A stretch of DNA of 64,000 nucleotides, taken from assembly GCF_009914755.1 (NCBI RefSeq), contig NC_060935.1. One strand, written 5' to 3'. How positions within the stretch are numbered: the stretch's first letter is position 1; each line of letters begins with the position of its first letter. Under the pieces are notes generated by a model, which was given only the letters and a program-made list of their open reading frames with translations, was not told the DNA's origin and made no database searches. The translations under genes and the position numbers were made by a program. Shown one piece after another: positions 1 to 14,209 of the stretch. The stretch comes from the human T2T-CHM13v2.0 reference genome, Homo sapiens.

Positions 1-296
1 CATGGGAGGCCTGTGTGTGAGGTGTGCAGTGATTTATCAGAGCAGACAGAGCACTGTGCTTGGAATCCAAAAACCCCTGGACAGTCCTGCTTTCTCCACT
101 CACTCCATGAGACCTTGGGCATAGCACTCCATCAGACCCAGATTCTCTGAACCACCACATCTTTATGTATGAATGGGGATGCTTATCCCTGAATACCTGG
201 CAGAATTGACCCAAGGCTGAGATAAATGGGATATGTGATATTGCTTTGTAAAGCTGTCAAATGTGGCATGAACATTGTAAGGTTTTATTTAATTTC

Positions 297-593
<297 letters not shown>

Positions 594-780
594 AGGTTTT
601 AAATATTAATCTAGCTTGCTATTTCCTGCCTGAGAGGTGAAAGGGAGGCCTCATTACAGAGAACTGAGATGAAAGCAATGATGAAGGGACCCTGGGACCC
701 TGCCTTTCCTCTCCCTACTCAGCAGGAGCTTATGAAGTCATCTCACTTTCTCTTCTGTCCCCCCTCTCCTCTTCATGCAG

Positions 781-796
781 GTATAAAGAAATATGA
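781..796 (+). CDS. SLC37A2: Terminal coding fragment of SLC37A2 (sugar-phosphate exchanger 2), ...G-Y-K-E-I-stop
   Basis: Long polypyrimidine tract and CAG acceptor ending at 780, then G TAT AAA GAA ATA TGA. Matches my recollection of the SLC37A2 C-terminus (SGYKEI) and its position next to TMEM218. Only 5 codons are visible. Confidence 0.75.
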
Positions 797-3185
797 GGCC
801 CCAATTGGAACAGCAGCATGGAGGGTCCCAGTTGGGTCCCCAACGTGCTCCCCATGGGCAAGACAATGGAAACTTCCACAAGCAGGGGAGGCAAACCCTC
901 TTTATTGAACATTAGCCAGCCCAGCCCAGACCCCAGGGCTGCCTAAGGACACAGAGATTCTCCATGGGAAGGGGACTGCCAAGCATGAGGAAATAGAAGA
1001 TTCAGGGGCCTGAGCTCTGGAAGCTGCAAGCAAAAGGGATGGGACTAGGGCTGAGTTGTGTCTCCATTTTGATAAGGAAAGGATATGCTCACACTCTTGC
1101 TTGTTCAGATTCCAAGACAGAAGGCTTCACAAGGCCAACGCCTGGAAAATGGGCATCTCTCCCTCCCATGTTAAGCTTTAACCTCTGTAATCTGCCTGTA
1201 TCTATAGGTGGGCATCTCACTCCATCAAAGGAGCCCAGCCTCTCTTTGTCCCTCTACCATGCAACAGTCTTCTCTGTGCATTTCCCCAAGCTGGGCCCTC
1301 TTCTACTCTCCATTTAGGCCTGTTGATAACTCCATTACCCACCCATCACTGCTGTTCCTCCAGGGCCAGCACTCGGGCGAGGCAGGGGAGCTGCCTTCGG
1401 TACATAATTTGAAGGGGCACTCCCTCTTGGGCACATGCCGGCCCTGAGTGCCTCCCTTGCCTCACTCTGATCCCGGCCCCATAATGTCCTCAGTGGAAGG
1501 TGACTGGGGGCCGGTGCTGTGGGGAGAGTAGAAAGAGGGGTTGGCATGACTAAAAATACCAGTATGTGTATTAAGTATTTTGAGAATGAAATGCCAAGGA
1601 GTGCCTACTGTATGCCAGCTCTGCTCTAGGAATGGAGTAGACAGTGGACACAAGAAGGACTTACGCCCTGAGCACAGGTGCCAACGGTGACAAGACTGGC
1701 AAGACGTGAGGGCATGAATGGTTCATTCAGGCAGCTGCTGCAGGTGTGGTCACCTGGTGCCATCTGCTGCTCCCTTTTCCACTTTTCTATGTCCTCCTTC
1801 CACCCCAAGTCCCGGATCACTCGCTGTTTTCTGGCTAGCTCTTGGCATCTCCATCTGAGCCTAAAGTTGCCCACTGGCACCAATAGATTCTGTTTGACCT
1901 GCTGTGCCCATGCTCATCTTTGTCGGGGCTTGGCTTGGCAGCGAGTGAGGCTGGCATGGGGTGCTGAAGTGGGGTCTCAGTGAGGGGTGACAGCGTGCTG
2001 GCAGTCCTCACAGCCCTCGCTCGCTCTCGGCGCCTCCTCTGCCTGGGCTCCCACTTTGGCGGCACTTGAGGAGCCCTTCAGCCCACCGCTGCACTGTGGG
2101 GAGCCCCTTTCTGGGCTGGCCAAGGCCAGAGCAGGCTCCCTCAGCTTGCAGGGAGGTGTGGATCGAGAGGCGCGAGCGGGAACCGGGGCTGCGTGCAGCG
2201 CTTGCGGGCCAGCTGGAGTTCCGGGTGGGCATGGGCTTGGCGGGCCTGCACTCGGAGCAGCCGGCCGGCCCTTCCGGCCCCGGGCAGTGAGGGACTTGGC
2301 ACCCGGGCCAGCGGCTGCAGAGGGTGTACTGGGTCCCCCAGCAGTGCCGGCCCACCTGCGCTGTGCTTGATTTCTCGCTGGGCCTTAGCTGCCTTCCCGC
2401 GGGGCAGGGCTCGGGACCTGCAGCCCGCCGTGCCTGAGCCTCCCACCCGCTCCATGGGCTCCTGTGGGGCCCGAGCCTCCCCGACGAGTACCACCCCCTG
2501 CTCCAGGGCGCCCAGTCCCATCGACCACCCAAGGGCTGAGGAGTGCGAGCGCACGGCGCGGGACTGGCAGGCAGCTCCACCTGCAGCCCCGGTGCGGGAT
2601 CCCCTAGGTGAAGCCAGCTGGGCTCCTGAGTCTGATGGGGACGTGGAGAGTCCTTATGTCCTGCTCAGGGATTGTAAATACACCAATCAGCACCCTGTGT
2701 TTAGCTCAAGGTTTGTGAGTGCACCAGTCGACACTCTGTATCTAGCTGCTCTGGTGGGGCCTCGGAGAACCTTTATATCTAGCTCAGGGATTGTAAATAC
2801 ACCCATCGGCACTGTGTATCTAGCTCAAGGTTTATAAACACACCAATCAACACCCTGTGTCTAGCTCAGGGTTTGTGAGTGCACCAATCAACACTCTGTA
2901 TCTAGCTGCTCTGGTGGGGCCTTGGAGAACCTGTGTGTCGAAACTCTGTATCTAACTAATCTGATGGGGACGTGGAGAACCTTTGTATCTAGCTCAGGGA
3001 TTGTAAACGCACCAATCAACGACCTGTCAAAACAGGCCACTCGGCTCTACCAATCAGCAGGATGTGGGTGGGGCCAGATAAGAGAATAAAAGCAGGCTGC
3101 CCGAGCCAGCATTGGCAACTCGCTCGGGTCCCCTTCCACGCTGTGGGAGCTTTGTTCTTTGCAATAAATCTTGCTACTGCTCACT
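797..3185 (+). other. SLC37A2: Probable SLC37A2 3' UTR, ending inside the LTR12
   Basis: Follows the stop codon; no AATAAA seen until 3085-3090 and 3163-3168. The 3' end is inferred. Confidence 0.6.
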
Positions 3186-3521
3186 CTTTGAGTCCACGCT
3201 GCTTTTATGAGCTGTAACACTCACCGCGAAGATCTGCAGCTTCACTCCTGAGCCCAGCGAGACCACGAGCCCACCGGGAAGAACGAACAACTCCAGACGC
3301 GCTGCCTTAAGAGCCGTAACACTCACTGTGAAGGTCTGCAGCTTCACTCTTGAGCCAGCGAGACCATGAACCCACTAGAAGGAAGAAACTCCGAACACAT
3401 CTGAACATCAGAAGGAACAAACTCCAGACGTGCCACCTTAAGAGCTGTAACACTCACTGCGAGGGTCCGCGGCCTCATTCTTGAAGTCAGTGAGACCAAG
3501 AACCCACCAATTCCGGACACA
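1981..3521 (+). mobile_element. Solo LTR12 (LTR12C-like, ERV9), full length
   Basis: Starts TGAGGGGTGACAGCGTGCTGGCAG and ends ...CCAATTCCGGACACA (TG...CA). CpG-rich 5' part, ~40-bp CCAAT-containing tandem repeats at 2670-3060, GATA plus AATAAAA promoter box ~3077-3091, U5 repeats; 4-bp flanks tcag/ccag. Confidence 0.95.
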
Positions 3522-3897
3522 CCAGGACCACCAAGTGGGTAGGTTAAAGCTCATGACAGTGGGCACTCCTGAAGGGGATGCTCATGATATTGATGATGTG
3601 TGGGCAAACGGGGAACTTAGAGCGCCACGCAAGATAAAAGCCTTGCATTTCCTGGGACGTTGTGGGCTGGTGCATTAGCCAGATACACACCCTTCCACAC
3701 TGAAGCAGGCTGCACAGCGCCAATGGCAACAAACAAGGAAGGCTCCTCCTGCCTGCAGTCACTTCAGCTCTGAGCGCAGGAGTCAGCCAGGGACCTCCAA
3801 GTCCTCAGCCCACAGGGGCAAGAGCTATACTCTGGCCTTATGTTCAGCATTCAGGAAAGCTGCTCTCTGCTGCTCTTTGACATTGAGAATGAAATGA

Positions 3898-4983
3898 AAT
3901 TAGTTATTCATTTAACTTCACATTTGGTCTCAATTAAGCTCAAAATGTTCTTCCTTAGAGATGCTCCAATAGCACTTGTAATTAAGGAGTTTAAGGAGAA
4001 GCTGTGTTGCTTATATGAGCCACTAGATGGTGACCCAATCCCATCATACAGCCCAGGGTGGGCTGTGGTTCCATCCTGCTTCCTGGAAGAGAGACAGGAG
4101 CCGAGGCCTCTTGACTTTTCAGACTTTCAGCTTGCTTTCTGCTTCAGAGGGCAGGGGAAGAGGAATGGTTCTCTCAAGGTCTTCTCTTCCCCAACTGCAC
4201 TGCTTACTAACTTTAAGCCTGTTTCATCATCAGGAAAATGGTGACATTATCTACCTCATAGGATTGGTATGAAGGGAGACACATACTCAACACACTCCTG
4301 CCCTTGAAGAACTTGTCTAGTTAGGGGATAAATAGGAAAACACACGGAGACAGTGACTCCAGGTGAGAGCTATGCTGTTCATTAGTCCAGCCATGCAGGA
4401 ACACGGCTGGCAGAAGGGCAATTCCGGGGGCAACGGGAAGAGTCCTTCTTCCTTATGAAGGCAGAATTCTGAGGACTTGGATGACTCATTTGATAAGGTA
4501 GTGAGGGGTAATGGAAGAGGGAGGAAGTTAACATGAATACTTATCCAACTCCTAGGATGTTAGGCCTTAGAGACTGAAACTGAACAAATGGCATTGGCTC
4601 CTACCAGCAGGTAAGTGTGGCACTAGACACATGCAAAAGGCATTGTGCGAGCTCAGGGTCTGGCCTCAGAAATGAGGACTTAGGCTGTGGGTAGGGAGTT
4701 GGAAAAAATACTGAAGGTTGGGGGAACCCCAGCACTGAGATCTGCCTGTCTGCACTCATCTCCCAGGTCCCAGGTTACTGGCCCTGTTTGGGCAGCTCTG
4801 GGCGCAGCCTGTTCACCACAGGCCTGGTACCTGCCTTCTCCCTGGGCCTCAGCACTCACTCACACGGGGCTAATGTAGGAGCATTACGTTAATTAGTTAT
4901 TCATTTAATTTAACTTCACATTTGGTCTCAATTAAGCTTAAAATGTTCTTCCTTATAGATGCTACAATAGCACTTGTAATTAA
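3898..4983 (+). repeat. Direct repeat pair, copies at 3898-3985 and 4891-4983
   Basis: AATTAGTTATTCATTTAA...GCACTTGTAATTAA occurs twice, differing by 3 substitutions and one 5-bp indel. Confidence 0.95.
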
Positions 4984-5324
4984 AAAGCAGTAACTCTTTG
5001 TGTTTCTCCCTTAGAGATCCACTGGGAGGCTGGGCGAGTGTGTGTGGGGTGGCTGGGGGAGGAGGAGGAGGAGGCAAGAGGCAAAGAAAAGAAAGGGAAA
5101 GAAGCTCTTGGTCGGTCCTAGCACCATGAGGCCACCACTAAGACTGAGGCTGGCAGGAGGAACTCAACACATCCTGGGTGTCTGAGTGGGGGTGGGAGAG
5201 TTGCTGTTGGGAATCCTGAGAAGTGACAAAGGAGCAGACCTCCTACTGAAAGGTGTGGGGGTAGGGAGGATGGCAGATGGGGGTGGAAGGAGGCAATGCT
5301 TAGGGGAGAAGGGGCCCTATATTC

Positions 5325-5755
5325 TGTGATAGGTACAATGTGCCCCCATAAGATGTCCACATCCTAATTTTCAGAACCAGTGAGTGTTACCTTACATGGC
5401 AAATGAGATTTTGTATATGTGATTAAGGATCTTGAGATGGAAAGACTGATGGGGTGGACCCAGTGGAATCAAAGGGCTCCGGATGAATCACAGAGGGAGG
5501 CAGGAGTGTTGGGGATTGGCAGATGCTGCTCTGCTGACCTTGAAGACTGAGGAAGGGTCCACCAGCCAGGGGGACGGGGGCGGCCTCTAGAAGGTAGAAA
5601 AGGCAAGGAAATGGGTTCTCTCGAGGCTCCAAAGCCTTTCCTTTACCCCCTGAAACCCATTTCTGGTTTCTGACCTCCGGAGCGATAAATGTGAATTGAT
5701 CAAAACCAGTAAGTCTATGGCAATCTGTTACAACAGTAATAGGAAATTGATAATA
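5325..5755 (+). mobile_element. MaLR LTR (MLT1D-like)
   Basis: Typical MLT1 motifs: aagatgtccacatcctaat, ttaaggatcttgagatgg, ctagaag..gaaaaggcaagg, caatctgttacaacag. Confidence 0.8.
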
Positions 5756-6584
5756 TTCCCAGTGTAAAACTGGGGTATGACCAATTTAACGGCAGGAAAA
5801 TAACCACAGGCAAACAAAAGAAATCTCCAAAGCTTAAAACAAGTGAAGGGGCTGGCCTCATAGCATTTAGGCACAGCATAAGGGCTACTGTGTGACCACC
5901 TCACCCAAGAGTTCTCCAAGGGCAGGACTTGGACCAAATGCACAGACTATATCATCTCTGGCATGATGTGATGTAAACCATTAAAAACACACTTTCTCAT
6001 TCTGTCTGTGGCACTGAGCCTGATTTCGATCCCAGCTCTCATTTCTTTGGTGGCAGGAAACTGAGAAAAGAGGGTGGGGGGGGTAGGGACTCAGAAATTT
6101 TTTTTATTTTTTATTTTTTGCATAAACAGTCACCACCAATAATCTGCTAGGGACAGAGATCAAGTAGAAAACAAAACAAAAATTCCTGGTGTGTGGCTTT
6201 GATTCTGCCATTGGCACCTCTGAAAACTGGCCCAAGTCTCAACATTCCAGCTGGATGGTGCTTACAAGAGAGGCGGCAGTGTTCTCAAAACTTGAAAATA
6301 TAGTCTACTAGCAGCTCAGCTGTTTAGTATCTCTGAGCAAGGGGACAACCAAAGTCTAACAGCAGAGACCTGCCAGAAACCCTGGGCTAACGGGTGAAGC
6401 TATCTCTGAGGCCTGCGTGCCTGTTCACGCTTTTCCCCAGACTCCTGCTCAATTCCTAAGATTCTGGTTTTTCCACCAGACTCAGCTACTTTTCCTTGGT
6501 ATTTCTGTCAAGTGGATTTGCATTGCCTGCCCTTGTCCCTCCTTTTCCTTCGAGTTTATCCTATGGAGCAACGCTCTATAACAG

Positions 6585-6800
6585 ACAGTAGTCAGGCTCT
6601 TAGACTCTAGAGCCAAACTGCCTGACTTTGGATCCTGACTCCTGTTTACGCCTACCAGCCCGTGCCTGTTCCCCATCTGTGAAGTGGGGATATTAAGAGT
6701 ACCTACTTCATAGGGCCGATATGAAGAAGACATAATACTTACAACACACTTAGAAAAATGCCTAGCACATGTTTGCTAAATGTAACAAAAATTGTTATTT
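6585..6800 (+). mobile_element. MIR SINE
   Basis: MIR core-like ccccatctgtgaagtggggatatta...cctacttcataggg. Confidence 0.7.
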
Positions 6801-9706
6801 TGACATGTGGAACCCTAGACTTATTTCCAAGTATTGGGATGGAACTAGAGATTAAAGGTTGAACTTTATGAACTATAAAATCTCTTCCAATCCTGAGTTC
6901 TTATGCTTCTATGAGGATAATCAACACTTTTCTAGATTCGTTTCCATACAGTTCTGATTCTCACATCTGGAAATTCATTTCTATGTAACAGCCAGATACT
7001 TAAAGGTTTAAGCAAAGGAATTATGATTGAATGTTTGTTATTCATACTAAAATGATCATTAGAATCCTTTAATGAAACTTTTACCTTTTTGGATATGTGT
7101 TAAGAAAATGTCAGGTACAAACAGCTAAGAAACAGTATTAACCAATGTAAAAATAAGGAGTTACTTGAAAGTCAAAAGTGATCTTTCAACTATTTGAGAA
7201 ATGAGATGTCAGGAATCCTGATGTCAAGTTGGAGCCCCACTTCTAATTAACTGTGAAACTTTTTAAATCCCTTGTCCTCTCTGCCTGTTTCTCATCTGTA
7301 AAATAATCACAGCAGGTTTCTTTACACATTGAGCAAAAAATAAACCAGAAACACTTCAACTGCAACAACCATGAAATAGAGTTGATACTAAAGTTTCTGT
7401 TAAATAACAGAACAAAAAATGGATTGCTTTATGTTAGAATAAAAACATTTAAAAATAAATTGGATGCCCTCCTTCCAGGAAGCAGTGAGGAAGACAGTCT
7501 AGACACCTTACAGCCTAGTTCTTCCATGGGCTTACTCCACCAGGACTAGTGCTTTACACCCTACGGGCACACAATATATGCTGAATGAATGGCAGGATTC
7601 GAGAATGAATGGCTATGTACTCCCTAGTCCCTGGACATTGGTATGGTAATTCTGATGCAGTTTTACATTAAATTTACATTGTACACAAAGAATGGTAGCT
7701 TTACTTCCATTTTTATCAGTGAAAAATTTAAGGAACTTAACAAATTACCCATTGTGATCTCCATTGTGGGGATAGGGTGGTACCCTCCTAATTCAGCTTT
7801 TGTCAGGATACAATTTTAAGACGCCACGAAATAACCTATTTTCTTATATAGAAACCCAGATTTACTCTCCCTCTCCACCTTCTAAACAGTGGGGATCACC
7901 AGTCTGCCACAGGATCCCCTCTGGGTAGGGAACAGTAGAGGGAACATGTTCTAAGGCCACTGATCACAGAATGGTTCTGAACACTAAGATGACTTCTGTC
8001 TGTATTTAAGGAATGACCTCTGAGCCCTGTCTCCAAGAAGGCCATGAGCATACAGGGTACCATAACAGACATTGACTATAGGGTTATCCCATGCCAAACT
8101 CTCAGTGAAATCCATTTTGAGCCCTCTCAGCCTTCTACGTCTTATCCCAACCCCGCGGGGCTTTTTTTGCATAACTGCATTGAGTATGCAGGTAGAAAGA
8201 AATCTATCATTCATTTCACCACAGCTGGTAATTATAGACTCCAGGTCTGTAGACTGTAGGTCAAGTCAAGCTGAAATAAACTTTGCACAGGGTATTTTTT
8301 TTTTTTTCCTAAAGCCAATCTTTAACATATATGCCTTTCATTTACATCAGGCAAAAAAACAAAAATTAGAAAACAGTAGTATTAAGGATAGAATTTAGTT
8401 TCCAACCTTAATACACTTTCCTCCATCTAAATAGTCACCCAAAACCTCATAGTTATTATCCATTGATCTAATAGTTGAATAACTTTTGGGGGGAATAAAA
8501 AAGATGGATTCATGGTCAGGAACCTATAAGAGTTTTCCCAGAGTTACTTTTTTAGCAAGGCTCTCAGAAGAAGGTAACAATTGGCAGCTTGTGCTTGTTA
8601 GGAGCCAAGCTTCCACTTGGGCTGCAGGGAGACTCACAATAGCATGAGGCCCCCAGCTTGTCTCAATTCCCTCAAGACTTATGCATTCTTTTTTCTCTCC
8701 CTCAATCTGCTTAGAGGATGTTTCTTCTTTTCTTACCTGTGTGCCCTAGGCCAGATTAGGAAACTATTTCCTTTGAAGTTTTCTGTACAAAGCCTTATCT
8801 GCAAAGTTTTTCCAAACTAAGTAAGATAAAGGAAATGGTTCAATGTAGGGATAACTATACCTGGCCCTCACCAGCCCATGACTCTCAGTGGTTACCTGTT
8901 CTCTCTTCTTGGAATTTAGAGCTTAGTTGCCTGTGGGGTGGCAGGACTGGGTAACTTCTCTACCCTGAAAACAGAATTGAGGAGAGAAAGTGAAGGAACA
9001 GTGTGGCCTTAACCTACCTGAAGCTCTCAATCAGAGTTCCACAAACCCTAGTGTGTTTTCTCTCTGAGACAAGCCCTGGGGCCTACCACACCTGGGTTTG
9101 CACACTGGCTGTTAGGTGAAGGTTGGGCAAGTCAGCTGATCTCTTTAAGCTTCCATTTTTTCTACTTTAAAGTGGGGATGATAAAAATGAGACCGTTGTA
9201 AAAATTAAATAAATTAAACCTCAAAGGAATTAGTGTGCTACTGGCATAGAGCACATACTCCATCAGTGATCTCTTTCCAACTTGTTTTCTTGGTTCTTAA
9301 TTTTAAGCCAGAAGATTCTTTTTCAAATGGCTCTAGGGAGTCAGGATCAGACTTCCAAAGTGGAACCTGACCAGGGCCCCTCCATTTAATGCAAATTTCA
9401 TTTGGTCTGGGAGATCAGACAGGTATAGAGTTATATCTGATGTTGAGAATATACCTTCCTCACTAGCTTTGGAGAAAGGGCTACAAAGATGAAAAGTGAA
9501 GACACCCCAAAATGGACTCATGGTAATTAAATAAGGCACACACAGCCCACCACATCATGGAAGAAAAAAACCTACAGATACATGGCAAGACAAAAAACAA
9601 AAAACAATATTTCCATACCTTTCCTCTAATCCCAAGGAAACCTAAAGAACTTGATTAAAAAGCCGTGGCCAAGAGTTCGAAGTGAAAGTCAGCCCTTTAG
9701 CTATTA

Positions 9707-9720
9707 TTTATTGCTTTATT
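9707..9720 (-). terminator. TMEM218: Tandem AATAAA poly(A) signals, candidate proximal 3' end of TMEM218
   Basis: tttatt at 9707-9712 and 9715-9720, about 550 nt downstream of the stop codon. Longer UTRs are possible. Confidence 0.6.
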
Positions 9721-10269
9721 AGAGCAGAGGGAAGTGACACTCATTGCCTTCACAGAGCTCTGCAGAAATATATGCACAGAGTGGTCAATGACCAACATCT
9801 GAGTAAGTCTTCCAAATTATCACATTAAAATAACCTTTCAAATTTGAGTGCCTCTCCTTTGCAAACAACTGCAACCTCATAATGAATAATTTTATATATT
9901 ATCAAAAAGAACCAGAAGCCCATGTGCTTTTTTCCCCAAAATCCACTTACTAAGGACTTGAGTGAAAATCCACTCTAAGCAGATCACTGTTACTATTTCC
10001 CTTTCAAAACAGTTGGAAATCCTAAGGTACGGGTACTAAGAAGATAGCAATATCCTTCTTAAGCTGGTAAGAATCTAGCCCCACAGGGACAATTTGGCAA
10101 TCCTGTTTCTGGAAGCCAGGACTCCAGAGATTTGTCTTAGTGATGGACAGATACTCCTCTAACCTTAAGGCATGAGGGCTGTCAAAACAAGGCTCTGAAT
10201 AGTGCCTTCCTGCTCATCAATGTCATCACAATGAAGGAGAGAACAGGTTTTCGTTTTCCTGAAGAGTGG

Positions 10270-10431
<162 letters not shown>

Positions 10432-11278
10432 TTACTACCAGTTAGACACCCTGGCTGGGTTAACCTGAACTCCATGATGAGTGGGCCAAGAGTTAGTTCA
10501 TGTGTATAACTTCCAGTAACATCCTGCCCTGAGTCTCCTCTATACATGAGAAAAAAGAATCTTTTCCTCAACTCCCTGAGCAGGAGACACAAGAAGGGAT
10601 TAATGAGGGACAGGGAACAAATGGCTCAATTTAGGATGTTGGTAAACACTTTGAAGTCCCTGGATGAATTCTTTTATATTCTGAAATCTGTTACCTGAAA
10701 GAGTTAATGAGAAGCTTTTGCATGGTCCTAGAAAGGCTCATTTTTGTTGTTGCTAAAATACATTTTATTACAGAGAATTTTAAACATACATAAAAATGCA
10801 ATAGTATAATAAACTCCCATGTATCTAAGACCCAACCCCCAAAATCATCAATCCATTGCCATTTCAGGAGGGTTCATTTTCAAAATGAAAGGTGACTCTT
10901 TAAAGCTATCAGCGGAAGAGTCCCATGCCACGGGGCAGGGAAAATGACCATTTACCTGAGATACTAAAACACTAAAAGGATAGGTAACTTGCCCCAAAGC
11001 AGACAGTGGGCTGCCTGGCCTTACACTTGAGGCCCCAAAGATGTTGGTCTTTGCTGACAAAACCCTATAATTGGTGTTGGCTCTACCCACTTGTCCACTG
11101 ACCCCTTCCAGAGCTCCACTCTCCCCAGATCCAAATGGTGGTGCTTAAATTTGGGCAGGAAAAAGCAATTTAATCTATAGACCTAATGGAGCAACACCAC
11201 CAACCAAGTGGCTGACTGACTTCACAGAAACTTTGAAATCCCAGTACCTAGGAGAATCCAAAACAGCTGAAAGGCAAT

Positions 11279-11779
11279 TGTGGCAGACAGAATAATGGCC
11301 CAAAGATATCCACATCCTAATCCCCAGAAATTATGAATATGTTAGATTATATGTTAAAGGAGAATTAAGATTGCCAATCAGCTGCCCTTAAAACAAGGGG
11401 TATTAATCTGGATTATCCAATCCAGGTGGACCCAATCTAATCACAGGATCCTTCTAAGTTGAATAGGGAGGTGGGAGAGAGGGTCAGAGCAAGAGAGGTG
11501 AGGATGGAAGCATCAGTGAGGTGTGATGTCACTGGCTCTGAAGATGGAGGAAGGGGGCTGTCAGCCAAGGAATACGAGCAGCCTCTAGAAGCTGGAAAGG
11601 ATAAGGAAATGGATTCTCCCCTAGAACTTCTGGAAAGGAATGCTGCCCTGCCAACCCCTTGGTTTTAGCCCAGTGAGACTGATGTTGGACTCTAACCTAC
11701 AGAACTGTAAGATAATACATCTGTGTTGGGAGCCATTAGTTCACATAATTTGTTACAGCAGCAACAGAAAACTAACACA
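11279..11779 (+). mobile_element. MaLR LTR (MLT1D/E-like)
   Basis: tgtggcagacagaataatggccc start and ...gcagcaacagaaaactaacaca end. Confidence 0.85.
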
Positions 11780-12205
11780 GCGGCCATACACAAAGTATCT
11801 CTCAGACCCGAGCCCTAGTAGGATCACTGAGGTCCAAAGACACCTCAGCTGCTCCAGAGATTACCCCAACAGTCAACTTACAACAAAGGTCAGTTTGATA
11901 AAACAGCTTTAACATAACTTTGACCTTGGCTCCGGTACTGAACAAGTCTCTTGCGGGCCACATGTTTGCTCGTTCGACACGTTTCACTTTTTAATTAGCC
12001 AATTAGCAGGCCTTGGGTGCAGAAGGCCCAGGCCATGTATTATTGATACAGCATTGAGCCAGGCTGCTGCAGAGGCCCGCTCTCAAAACCTGAAAATGAG
12101 AACTCCAATTCTGCCGGCCATGCTGACAAAAGTATTTTGCTCAAACCCCATTCTTGTCTCCTGGGTCTGAAACTCATATGACAGACAATCGAGGGATTGA
12201 TTTCA

Positions 12206-12749
<544 letters not shown>

Positions 12750-12929
12750 TTAATTTCCTTCCTCTTGCCATAGTTAATCCTACAGTGTCAATTTTAGTTC
12801 AAAAGTTACACATATAATCTTGTGTACTGTTGTTGTCTAGTGTCAAAATGCTAACCCATGAGCTCTCTGGGACTGCCCTGAATATTCTGTTAAGTTCTCA
12901 ACACTGAAGATTTTGAAGACGGACCTCAG

Positions 12930-13140
12930 CTTGAATCCCTGTTCTGCCTCTTGCTATGTGACCTTGGGCAAGTTACCTTAACCTCTGACAGACTCAGTGT
13001 TCTTACCTATAAAATGGGGATAATAATGGTACCTATGTCATACTACTTAGGGCTGTCCTGAGGTTTAAATGAGACAGTGCAAACAAAGTGTTTGGCACAG
13101 GACCTGGCACACGGAAATCCCTTAAAGAATGTTAGCTATT
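12930..13140 (+). mobile_element. MIR SINE
   Basis: tgtgaccttgggcaagttacctaacctct...taaaatggggataataat core. Confidence 0.8.
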
Positions 13141-13790
13141 TTCATGACTATCACTTAAAACATCAAAATGAAGGTTGAGAGGAAAGCTGTGAGAAGGAGT
13201 AATGGGACAGAAAAGGTCAATGTCATTGTCAAGATCCCATGGGTCTGAGACCAGCCATGCATGGTAAAGCCATGGTAAAGAACTCCAGAGAAGGATTCTG
13301 AGAGAGATGATAAAAATCCATTTAAAGACGTGGGTGCTGGCAGGTATGGTCCCAGGTATGAGGACCAAAGAACTCCCAGAAGACTGTTGGGAAAATTCTA
13401 GCACATGCAGTTGGAGAAGCATGTCCTCAGCACCCTCAGGGCACCACATCAATTTCAGCCCAGGATCTGCGGTTAGGAGCCCAGGCTGCCAGGAATGGGA
13501 ACACTTCATCTCGGGTGCAGGCCTGTGACTATCCCTATTTCATTTTCTTTTTTTTCTGTCCCCATGGTACGAGGTGGCTTTCCAACAGGCTGTTTTCAAC
13601 TTGATGCAAACTGAAGATGAGACCAAATCAGGCAAATAACTGCCTGGTGGGGTTGTAGATGGAATTCAGAGTAAGATTCTTTTCCTGAGTGAAGGGGCAG
13701 GGGAACTTAAAACTCCCTCTGAACTTTCCCCGTCATTGGTTGAACTTTACAATTCTGACATCTCAGGCAACCCGATGTCAGGGAACATCA

Positions 13791-14003
<213 letters not shown>

Positions 14004-14071
14004 CTATAATTTCTTCTTTGATCAGTTAGGTCTGGACAGTCTCTTCCTTGGAGCCAATATTCTATGTTTCA

Positions 14072-14209
<138 letters not shown>

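Noticed and set aside
1987-2837. Overlapping 127-214 aa ORFs
   Set aside because: They lie in the GC-rich LTR12 U3 region, where stop codons are rare; no recognisable protein homology.
2670-3480. Regularly spaced repeats superficially like a CRISPR array
   Set aside because: Known tandem U3/U5 repeats of LTR12 with no unique spacers, in eukaryotic DNA.
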